In this document: positions 53,371 to 64,000 of the stretch, one piece after another
Layout of the letters: each line of letters begins with the position of its first letter
Position numbering within the stretch: the first letter of the stretch is position 1
NCBI RefSeq assembly: GCF_006345805.1
Contig: NC_043005.1
Span: 66,030,001-66,094,000, forward strand
Length of the DNA: 64,000 bases
Direction of reading: 5' to 3'
DNA from: Octopus sinensis
Lineage: Eukaryota
The notes under the pieces: generated by a model
The model's database searches: none
Seen by the model: only the letters and a program-made list of their open reading frames with translations
Told to the model about the DNA's origin: nothing
Translations under genes and position numbers: made by a program

Positions 53371-53449
53371 TAAAGGACAAACAAAGCACAAATCCATCCA
53401 GTCACCCATCGTCTTTGCCCACTATCCCTAGGAGTGTCGTGATAATATA

Positions 53450-53650
53450 TTTCTTTACTACCCACAAGGGGCTAAACACAGAGAGGACAAACAAGGAAAG
53501 ACAAAGGGATTAAGTCGATTACATCGACCCCAGTGCGTAACTGGTACTTAATTTATCGACCCCGAAAGGATGAAAGGCAAAGTCGATCTCGGCGGAATTT
53601 GAACTCGGAACGTAACGACAGACGATATACAGCTACACATCTCGCCCGGC
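53450..53650 (-). mobile_element. SINE family A
   Basis: Close to the family consensus. Confidence 0.92.
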
Positions 53651-53689
53651 CTGCTATAATAGAATCCTCAGTTACCTCCTCCTTAGGGT

Positions 53690-53985
53690 CTTATAAAAAG
53701 CAACCGTTATTAGGCTTTCTGGCTGGATTCACGAGCGCGACCAAGTGAAACTTTGATTACTATCCAACCATCTCATTTATGACGTAGCTCCAAGTCTCTT
53801 AACCGGTTGACTCGAATTGAAGAATCAGTCGTTCGATTCTTTCCTGCGACATTCTAATATCTTGTCTATAGTCAGAAGCCTTGGACCTCTCAATGCCGAG
53901 AAGAAGCAGCTCAGGTCGGAGAGACTTTTAAATCTCTGTGCACCACACGTTGTCGAATAACGTTATTCCGGAAATCCTTTCAGCT
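53690..53985 (-). mobile_element. RTE-clade LINE 3' relic
   Basis: RISGITLFDNVWCTEI*KSLRPELLLLGIERS...RMSQERIERLILQ.ESTG...RWLDS...FTWSR, typical of the RTE ORF C-terminus. Confidence 0.75.
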
Positions 53986-54304
53986 ACCTGTATTCACGGT
54001 CGCTCTCCCTTCCTTTTATCATGAAAAGTGTCACAGACGAAACCACCAATTTTTTTTCAAATAGCGTATTGTTATCAAAAGTGAACTGACTTCTGTCAAT
54101 GATGTAGTGAACATATAATCAAAATGTACTGGCGAAGACAATCTAACATGCAGTTTGTCATTTGCCTACCTCCGCAAAAGAGGTGAGCATAACAATTTGC
54201 ACACACATATATGCAATCGGTGAAAAGGTAATGTAGCTGAGCAGGGTTTTGGTTTGTATTGCATAGATATATGGATGTGCAATGCAATATTTTTAATAAT
54301 TCAA

Positions 54305-54462
54305 TACAGGAGTGGCTGTGTAGTAAGTAGCTTGCTAACCAACCTCATGGTTCTGGGTTCAGTCCTACTGCGTGGCATCTTGGGCAAGTGTCTTCTGCTA
54401 TAGCCCCGGGCCGACCAATGCCTTGTGAGTGGATTTGGTAGACGGAAACTGAAAAAAGCCTG

Positions 54463-54526
<64 letters not shown>

Positions 54527-54725
54527 TTGTGTTTGTCTCCTTAGCATTGCTTGACAACCGATGCTGGTGTGTTTACGTCCCCGTCATCTAGCGGTTCGGC
54601 AAAAGAAACCGATAGAATAAGTACTGGGCTTACAAAGAATAAGTCCCGGGGTCGATTTGCTCGACTAAAGGCGGTGCTCCAGCATGGCCGCAGTCAAATG
54701 ACTGAAACAAGTAAAAGAGTAAAGA
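54305..54725 (+). mobile_element. Full-length SINE family B with internal (TA)n(TG)n
   Basis: tRNA-like head, B box GGGTTCAGTCC, tail AAACAAGTAAAAGAGTAAAG. Confidence 0.93.
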
Positions 54726-56797
54726 GAGAGAGAGAGAGTATCACTTTTGGTGCATGTGCCATAGGCTAGCAACCTTCACAGAAAAACGTTATTTTGGGCT
54801 CGTGCATGTTATATATGAATAAGTGTACACATTATACAACATTATGAATTTATTCTAATAACAATCGATTCATGTTACCGAAAAGTTTCTTTTTGGCGAT
54901 CATTCTAAGTGTAGAAAAGTAAATTAACAATCATCGGATATAATTGAGTAAAAAACTTGGGTTCTTTATTACTGGAGGCATGAAACCATTACACCCAGTT
55001 TATGGGTGTCAGAGATGTGAAAAATCGGAACGAAGCACATGGATAAAAAAAAGACTGTCAAAACATAATAAAAACAATCTTGTCTGGCTCTTAAACCAGT
55101 CAAAATTATGTTCCATAGATTGGTCTCTTTTAGCTAATGACCTGCACGCCAGCATTCAAGTGGTAATTCTTCAACCCAGTTTTTTTTTTACATATATGAT
55201 TGTGAGATGAAACGAGGGTAAGGGTGAGGGTCAAAGGGTGAGAGGGAAAGAGAGAGATAGAAGTGGGTAGAAAGGTAGAGAAGAGGATTGTAAAGGATAC
55301 ATGCAGTTGCGCAAATGTACGCGTATGAATAACTGCTGGATGTGGGTAAAATAAATTCCTTATTTATAGTGAGAGGACATTTGATGGAGCAAGGGCCTAT
55401 GAAATTTAGGCTGACCAGATTACTTGAGCCCCAGTGTTAACATTTAATGAATATCCGTGTTCCACCGAAGGTAAGTATACTACTCTGATGAAGGTCAGGT
55501 TGTTTCCATTTTTTCTGCTCTCGGATTAAAAAAACAAACTTTTGGTGTAACAATTTTGTTTACTTATTATATCGATGTTAAAATTATATGTTTACTACCG
55601 GGACCCGCGAATATTTCACAAAGTTAATGGTAAACCTATTGGGTTATTTCTGAAAACTTTATCAAAAAAATCTGAAAGCGTAGCCTGTGTTGTGTCTGTA
55701 TGGAAAGGAAGTCGCTCATCTGCTACTCACTGAAAAATGAAAGAAATTGGAATACGATGATTACTTTGTGCACTTTATATACATTATGCAGAATTTTATA
55801 GACTTAATACAAAGCACTCACAAAATAAATATTCACTCTTATTTTTCCATTTCCCCCATAAACAAACAAACAAAAAAAGAAATATCCCGTACATATGATA
55901 CAACCTTTAGTTAAATTGCATATATCTGCCACGTAAATAATCGTGAATATCTCACGAAATTGCACTAAAGCGCATGCGTTAAGTGATAGGGGATATAAAA
56001 ACTCAGTTCAATTAAAAAATACACTCTTCACTATCCAAACACCACCACCACCACCACCAAATCTCTCTTTAAACACATACCCTTTCATCAAAAGAAAAAC
56101 AGATTTACAATATTTCAGGAAGAAAAGAAAAAACAAAAAACTATGCGATGGATCTGCTACATGAAAGGTAAGTTTTGGCTGAACAAAACGCAAACAAACA
56201 CACTTCACATTAAAAGATTACCTACTAAATAATACTAATGAAGTTGACGGTATATCTTCGAAGTTTCATTCCCTTGTAAAACTCCATGAATTTTAAGATT
56301 GTTCAGGCAGAGTTGCCTCCCTTAGCTAAAGACTTCAAAATTGTGCGAGCCGACCTCATCTTCGAGGTTATTTTTGTAGTAAAAAAAGAGAAGTAAAAAA
56401 AAAGAGTTGTGCAAAAGACATACTTTATTTGGTAGCCGAAAAATTACTGAATCTTGTGATACTTCATACGTCAAAATCAGAAATTTAGTTTTCGAATCCA
56501 TAAAGAACATACGCGCGCATGCATACACACACACACATACAAACAAACTCTGTTTTATTCTATAAGATTATCATCCTCCCCACTAAAAAACAAAACAAAA
56601 CAATAGAAACAACCAACCCCAGTGGCAAACAAAAAACGCCTTATAGAACTCTCTGAGTTATACACTCGTATACACGCACATGTGTACATATAATGTATAT
56701 GCAATTTATTTTACACGCACGCACATATACACACATTCATTAATATAGAGACGTGTGTGTGTGTGCGTGCATCTCCGACAACACAGACATATACCTA

Positions 56798-57197
56798 TAC
56801 TCTTTTACTCTTTTACTTGTTTCAGTCATTTAACTGTGGCCATGCTAGAGCACCGCTTTTGGTCGAGTAAATCGACCCCAGGACATATTCTTTGTAAGCC
56901 TAGTACTTATTCTATCGGTCTCTTTTGCTGAACCGCTATGTTACGGAGACGTAAACACACCAGCATCGGTTGTCAAGCGATGTTGGGGGCACAAACACAA
57001 ACACATAAACACACACATACATACATATATACGACGGGCTTCTTTCAGTTTCCGTCTAATAAAATCCACTTACAAGGCTTTGGTCGGCCCGAGACTATAG
57101 TAGAGGACACTTGCCCAAGGTGCCACGCAGTGGGAATGAACCCGGAACCATGTGGTTGGTAAGCAAGCTACTTACCACACAGCCACTCCTGCTCCTA
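56798..57197 (-). mobile_element. Full-length SINE family B
   Basis: Reverse complement of the 54305 copy. Confidence 0.93.
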
Positions 57198-57879
57198 TAT
57201 ACATTTATTTATGTATATACACACATATGTATTGCATGCTTATATGCGTATGCACGTGCGCGTATGTTTGAGATAGAGAGAGAGAGCACGGGAGAGAGGG
57301 AAAAGCGTGCGTGTGTTTAGTAAATGGGAAATTCAAAGTATGAATGAACTCTAAGCTTTGAATGAACGAATAAACTCTAATACCTGCATTGAATAATTCC
57401 TCCCCACCATCCACACCATGTATCTTTGTGTTTAAGCGCATGCTAATGCGACTGTACGGGTGTGCATTTGTATCATAACTGCATATCGTATTGAACTCTT
57501 GTGAACCTTATCTATTCAGTTTAAAAATTCAAAGTTTCAAAGGAAGGTTTCAAACACTCTAAACTATTATAACCCTCCTCTCTTAATAATATATTTTATT
57601 TCATGTATTGTGGTTTTAATGTTCTGTTCTCGTTTTATATACGTTTATTTTTGCTTTTTTTTTCTTCTTTGCTTCAAACATTGTTTGTCTAGCAAAACGT
57701 TATGCAACGAAAAGAAAAATCAATTATTTAGCTATAACTAACTACAAATAAATATTTCTTTTACCCTCGTCATTTAGTTTAATTTTAGAAGGCATTCAGT
57801 TTTTTTTTTGTAATATTAAAGTAGCACGTTGGAGGAACTATTGATATTGTAAAACCCTTTTATCTCTGTATGTGTGGTG

Positions 57880-57911
<32 letters not shown>

Positions 57912-58173
57912 CATATACATGTAATTTACATATACACACACACATATATATACATGTATACATATGTATATATATATGCATATACATATAAGTGTATATA
58001 CATGTATACACGTATATACATATACATACATATATATATATATATATATATCATATACATGTAATTTACATGTACACTCACATATATATATATATATATA
58101 TATACATGTATACATATGTATATATATATGCATATACATATAAGTGTATATACATGTATACACGTATATACAT

Positions 58174-58207
<34 letters not shown>

Positions 58208-58532
58208 CATATACATGTAATTTACATGTACACTCACATATATATATATATATACATGTATACATATGTATATATATATGCATATACATATAAGTGTATA
58301 TACATGTATACACGTATATACATATACATACATATATATATATATTTACATGTATATACATATACATGTATATGTATATATACATACATATGTGTATATA
58401 TATATATACATGTACATATATATAAATGTATATACATATACATGTATATGTATATATACATATATATAAATGTATATACATATACATGTATATGTATATA
58501 TACATATATATAAATGTATATACATATACATG

Positions 58533-58582
<50 letters not shown>

Positions 58583-58709
58583 ATACATGTACATATATAT
58601 AATGTATATACATATGCATGTATATGTATATATACATATATATAATGTATATACATATACATGTATATGTATATATACATATACATACATATATATATAC
58701 ATATACATG

Positions 58710-58756
<47 letters not shown>

Positions 58757-58781
58757 ACATATGTATATATATATATACATG

Positions 58782-58832
<51 letters not shown>

Positions 58833-58883
58833 ATATTATATACATATACATATATATATACATATACATATATATATACATAT

Positions 58884-58924
<41 letters not shown>

Positions 58925-59060
58925 CACATATATATACATATCTGTATATACATATATACATGTATAAGTATATATATGTTTATATATATATACTTATACA
59001 AATATACACACACACACACACACATATATGTAATATATATGTATGTATGCATACATGTAT
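57880..59060. repeat. ~1.2-kb AT/AC microsatellite array with higher-order repeats
   Basis: TCATATACATGTAATTTACAT recurs at ~57911, 58051 and 58206, heading ~140-155 bp units. Confidence 0.9.
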
Positions 59061-59462
59061 GTATCTATGAGAAAGAATATTTCAGGAATATAACAATAAA
59101 ACGAGAATATTTTTCACGTTAAGTTTAGCAAATGGTTAAATGGAATAGAATAATTCAATTTTCGAGCGATAATATATTAAATAACATGTACGAAATGACA
59201 CGTGAAAAATAAAGCAAAATATACATATTAAAACAATACAAACTCTATGTATTTTCTTTTGTCATCGATCCATATTTCTAGAAGATATGTCTGTATAAGT
59301 CATAAGCACATTGTGGTTTCTGGTTTAGTCTCACTGTACAGCAACTTGGGTAAGTGTATTCTTGTATGACATCGGGTCAACCAATGCCTTGTGAGCGAAT
59401 TTGGTAGAGGAAGGGTACTGTCTGAAAACCCATCACACACACACACGCACACGAACACACAC

Positions 59463-59542
<80 letters not shown>

Positions 59543-59636
59543 AATCCAAACATGAACAAAGAGAAAACAACAGTGCGAGGACGTGGAACAAGTATAGTGT
59601 TATTGGACGCCCAGGAAAGGAAAGAATGAAGGAGGA

Positions 59637-59669
59637 TTTAACATTTCGAGCGGATCTATTCGTCAGAAA
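59637..59669 (-). ncRNA. Hammerhead-like motif in a short repeat (~59550-59775) between (TA)n tracts
   Basis: Minus strand reads TTT-CTGACGA-A-TAGATCCGCTC-GAAAT-GTT-AAA. Canonical core; stem II decayed. Confidence 0.45.
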
Positions 59670-60117
59670 CATAGAAAAAGGAAAGGTCCAAGGAAGGGAA
59701 GACGGAGAAAGAAGATCGCCAACGATATACACGCGGTCACATATTGAAAAAGATTATCCACGCGGTTACATACTGAATATATATATATATATATAGGTAT
59801 ACATATATATATATATATGTATGTGTGTAATTACGTATGTATATGTGTATATGTGGATGCATGTATATATATACATGTGCATGCATGTAAGTATGTGTAT
59901 ACATACACACACATACACACACACATATAGATTCTTAAGCAAGAATGTTATTGACTGTGACGTCGAAGTTTCAGCCAATTAAGCCATCATCGGACTCTTG
60001 AACTATAGTGCGTGTGTTTAATTGGCAAAAGATGACCACCTCGAAGTATAACAAAGCCTGCTTCAGCAGGTATTGTTGTACTTATTACAACCTATATTTT
60101 AGGGTTGTTGCTTTTAA

Positions 60118-60580
60118 GGCAGCGAGCTGACAATCATTACCGCGCCTGACAAAATGCTTAGCGGTATTTCGCCCATCTGGGCGGCGAGCTGGCAGAAACG
60201 TTAGCACGCCAGGCGAAATGCTTAGCGGTATTTCGTCTGCGTTACGTTGTGAGTTCAAATTCCGCCGAGGTCGACTTTGCCTTTCATCCTTTCGGGGTCG
60301 ATAAATTAAGTACCAGTTACGCACTGGGGTCGATGTAATCGACTTAATACCTATGTCTGTCCTTGTTTGTCCCCTCTGTGTTTAGCCCCTTGTGGGTAAT
60401 AAAGAAATAGGTATTTCGCCCATCTTTATATTCTGAGTTCAAATCTTGCCGAGTGCGACTTTACCGTTCATCCTTCCCGGGTCGATGAAAAAAGTACCAG
60501 TCGATCACTGAGATCAATGTAATTGATTATCTTCCTCCTTCAAAATCTCAGGCCTTGTGCTTATATTAGAAAGTATTATT
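60118..60580 (+). mobile_element. SINE family A with a duplicated head and a second 5'-truncated unit
   Basis: Heads at ~60118 and ~60180; junction AAAGAAATAGGTATTTCG at 60401-60418. Confidence 0.9.
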
Positions 60581-60588
60581 TTAAAATA

Positions 60589-61872
60589 TTAGCTGGTTCC
60601 GAAAATAATGGCCGATTTCAGAAACAATTTTATTCTGGAAAAATCAACAATAGAAATGTTTTGATTAGTCAAAGTATGAGCCATGAACATTTATGCATCT
60701 CTGCCATCGATCAACGAGATTATTTATGCGTCGTTGATAAAAACTTATTGGCTTTGATGCTAAGAAATCTTTGAAAGCTGATTCCACCTCTAGTCTGGAC
60801 CTGAAAGTTGCATCACTTAAAAACGTGCTGAAATGCTAAAAAAAAAAAATGGTAGTCAGTGGGTGAAAGATCAGGAGAATATAGAGTATGTGGTAAAGTC
60901 TCGTATCCCAAGTCTGTGAGTTTCTGCAGCGTCATTCTTGTAATATGTGGCTTTGCATTATCGTGAAGCAGAATTAGGCCACGCTGATTCACCAATGCAG
61001 GTCTCATGTTTTGCAAGTGAACATGCATTTCAGCTAGTTGATTGCAGTAAACCTCTTCTGTAATGCTCTGATTGGCTTCCAGAAAGCTGTAATGGACAAC
61101 ACCAATTGCAGACCACCAGACAGTCACCATAATCTTTTACTGAGACAACTTTGGTTTTGGGAAATGTTTGGGAGAATCATCACGATCAAGCTATTGAACT
61201 GATCGTTTACGGTTATCATAAAGGATCCACTTTTCATCACAAGTGACTATTCGGTCAAGAAAAGGATCATTGGTGTTTCGCAGAAAGAGCATCGAGCACA
61301 CTTCAAAACGCCGAACTTTTTAACCTTCACTGACCCCATGCAAACCCATTTATCGAGATTTTTCACCTTACTAATCTTCTGCAGATTGCGTGAGACCGTT
61401 GCAATACCGACACCAAGTGCCTGAGACATTTCTCTGACACTTTGACGTGGGTTTTGTTTAACACTTGCTTTCAATTGTTCATTGTCAAGACTGCATGACT
61501 GTCCTCTACCTTCTTCATCTTCAACGCTCTCATCACCACTACGGAATTTCTGAAACCACCTTCGTACTGTACTGTCATTTGCGGATCCCCTTCATTTGCT
61601 CTGTTGATATTGGCAACAGTTTGGGAGGCATTGTGCCCAAGCTTGAACTCCTGCAAGAAAAGTAAACGAAGGTCTATTTTTGTCATGCTCATAATTAAGG
61701 GCATCTATGCTTCAAGAATGTCTTCTGTCTGAAATAAGAAGAAAATTATTAAAGAGCACACATCAACAATTAAGTGTGTTGAAATTCACCAAAAATATAA
61801 TTAAAATACTATAATAAAATTGCGTTTAAAAACACAACACATAGAGTGGCTATTATTTTCGGAACAACCTAA
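60589..61872 (-). mobile_element. Full-length (1284 bp) but inactivated mariner, DD34D
   Basis: TIRs TTAGCTGGTTCCGAAAATAATGGCC and the reverse complement of GGCTATTATTTTCGGAACAACCTAA, with TA on both flanks. Motifs IVTCDEKW, LLHDNAKPH and YSPDLSPTDYHFF (34 residues counted); several frameshifts. Confidence 0.95.
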
Positions 61873-62433
61873 TACTACAACAACATTTACTGAAAGACAC
61901 AATACCGAATGTGGAATTATATTTATAAAATATTCGTTTTGAGTGGGGCTTCAATTTTCTTTCTTGATACGATATTCAACCAGATTAACCACAAAATTTG
62001 TCTGTAAAGTGCGTCTCAAACAGATCACAGTATATGTCATTAATTGATGTACAAACTTTGAAAAATATTGATTTTTAAAAACTTTTGAAACTTGGGTTTG
62101 AAAAAACGTTTGGATATTAATGGTTTGGACTCAGTTTTATGCTTTATAAGTTTATTGACTTATTTCAAGATATGTAAAAAAGGGAAAAAACAATGAAATA
62201 AAACGCTTTTATTACTCTTTAGAAAAAAATCCCATTAGTGATGCTAATTTCTATTTTATTTTCTTCTTCAAATTGTGGCAGCTCCTGTAAGTTCCGAGGT
62301 GCTCATTTCCAATTTATCTTCTGGCGAACGCCACCCTCTCTAAATTTGAATTAACATACGTAATCATCTGTATTTCTTCTTCATAAATTCCTTATCCCAA
62401 TGAAGCTGAAGTTCTCAGAAACTGTGGCCTGAA

Positions 62434-62915
62434 CATCACTAAAGCCGGATATGGTGCTAATCTCAGACCATCCAAACAGGTCGTTTTGTTAGAACCCTCT
62501 GTTCCCTGGGATGTTAAGATTAAGAGGAGGAAATATGCTGAGCTTTGGAGTTATGCCAAAGAATTGGGGGGCAGGCAAGGTGTGATCGCATCGAGGCAAG
62601 GTGTTGAGAGTTTGCAGGCCAGTTCTTCTACAGAGCTTACAGTATACTCGGCATCACAAAGGTCAGTAGGCTTAAGGTTAGTAGGCTGAAGGCCGTCAGA
62701 TTGGTTGTGGAGGCAGCAGAGATTGCTCCAAGGTGGCCACGGATCAGGAAGTGTGAGTCCTGGAAGATGCAGTGTTATCTAGTGTAGTGCTAGCTGGACA
62801 CCACAAGCTGGGGTTTCATCAAATCCGCTTGGTTCACGTACGTGACTGTATTTGATGTTGAAAGATCTGAAGCACATAATAAGCCCAGGAAACATTATTG
62901 ATTATATGTTCTGGT
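62434..62915 (+). mobile_element. 3' end of a HERO/NeSL-like non-LTR retrotransposon (restriction-like endonuclease)
   Basis: Across frameshifts: TSLKPDMVLIS / KQVVLLEPSVPWD..KRRKYAEL / ARCDRIE..FAGQ..RAYSILGIT...VEAAEIAPRWPRIRK, i.e. PD..E..K RLE motifs. Confidence 0.72.
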
Positions 62916-63652
62916 ATATCACGGGATGATGTATGGAAAAAACTGTCTTTTGCATCTCGGCATCATGTTCTATTTTGGTCATTAACTTCATCATATGAAC
63001 GATCCTGCTTTAAATTCAAAAGACCTTCATAATCGAGGCTTACACTATGCGAATCAAAGCAATTTACTGATATTATCATTGCCGATTTTAGATCACTTGT
63101 AAACCAAGATGAGTGATTTCTGTTGCGACCCCTGTAACTCCACGAAAATGTTTTGCATAATGAGAAATTATATTTTTCTAAACAGCTCTCGTATTACTGG
63201 CTGTTACCTCACGCCGTGCTTCATTAATATTTTTCAATGCATTCTTAAGCTTCAAGTTCCTCTAAGATTAATTGCATTATCTCCCATTGTTATTTTTCGA
63301 TAGCTTTGACAAATAATTGAACTAATCTTCAAATAAAGGTTTGTAATCCACGTTTTCCTATTTAATCTCCAATAAACCATAGAGCATGCTTGCTGAACCT
63401 TTTAAGAGAATATGGATTTCCAATCGATAAATCAACAAGGAGTTTTAATTTTAAATGACCAGCAGCATTTCTATTCATTAAAAATGTTAGACAGTCATTA
63501 GCCTCTTTGAAATGAGGTTGCCATTTTCCTTCTTCGGTCAAGTAAATTTTATTTGATATTCATTTCTAAAACGATCCAGTTTCGTCAAATTTTTCAGCCA
63601 AAAAAAAAAAAGAAAAAAGGATAAAAGGAATGTTAATCATCAGTATCGTAAT

Positions 63653-63800
63653 ATAGGCGCAAACATAGCCGTGAGGTTAAGAAGTTCGTTTTATAACTAC
63701 GTGGTGTCGGGTTCAGTCCCACCGCGCAGACTTTGGGTAAACATTGTCTTCTACTATAGCTCCGAACCGGCCAATGCCTTGAGAAGGAATTTGGAAACTG
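63653..63800 (+). mobile_element. SINE family B 5' half, diverged
   Basis: GGGTTCAGTCCCACCGCGCAGACTTTGGG...CTTCTACTATAGC. Confidence 0.8.
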
Positions 63801-64000
63801 TGTGTGTATACAGATATACATTTACACATACGCGCGGGAACACACACACACACACACATACACGCGCACACACACACGCACTCACGTACATATATATATA
63901 TATATATATATATACACTCACGTGTGTATGTGCATATGTATGTATGTATGTATGTGCATATTTTTGTGGTTAACTGCACCATCGCTTGAAATCAGTGTTG

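Noticed and set aside
53926-53946. Kinase-like VVHRDLK on the minus strand
   Set aside because: No flanking kinase motifs or good splice sites, and another frame gives a coherent RTE LINE C-terminus.
55369-55470. Candidate exon with TTTATAG acceptor and a strong GTAAGT donor
   Set aside because: Stops in all three frames; a non-coding exon cannot be supported without RNA data.
57816-59122. Long ORFs (up to 336 aa) rich in Y/I/M/C/H/T, and similar ones at 35806-36308, 42022-42956 and 44461-44988
   Set aside because: They are translations of (TA)n/(CA)n/(TG)n tracts, which lack stop codons by composition.
59955-60000. Further hammerhead-like words here and at ~31485, ~47150 and ~55485
   Set aside because: Only half cores or non-pairing stems; too degenerate to call.

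Overview
AT-rich, microsatellite-dense eukaryotic DNA. The SINE families and repeat style point to an octopus (coleoid cephalopod) genome; this is inferred, not database-confirmed. One protein-coding gene is supportable: a complete five-exon CIAO2A/FAM96A (cytosolic Fe-S cluster assembly, MIP18 family) on the + strand. Its CDS is 1924-1999, 6949-7113, 9414-9463, 12731-12776 and 15616-15716 (438 nt, 145 aa), with all introns GT-AG and frame-consistent. The rest is a graveyard of mobile elements: many tRNA-derived SINEs of several families, two mariner relics, a maT (DD37D) relic and a hAT transposase relic. Non-LTR fragments include CR1, RTE, CRE-like and HERO/NeSL-like pieces, a gag-like LINE ORF1, and a Penelope-like GIY-YIG element. 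Nearly all long ORFs in the supplied track are artefacts of (TA)n/(CA)n repeats. The most interesting signals are: (1) a set of minimal hammerhead-ribozyme-like motifs in short non-coding repeats, including a family with a shared non-canonical core; (2) two nested inverted SINE pairs bracketing the 46-nt exon 4, whose skipping gives an immediate stop; (3) a ~420-bp fold-back just upstream of the start codon; (4) a CpG-depleted domain extending ~9 kb past the stop codon; (5) a mariner with a microhomology-joined internal inversion. No fully canonical, intact ribozyme or intact transposase was found. SINE family letters are my own labels.
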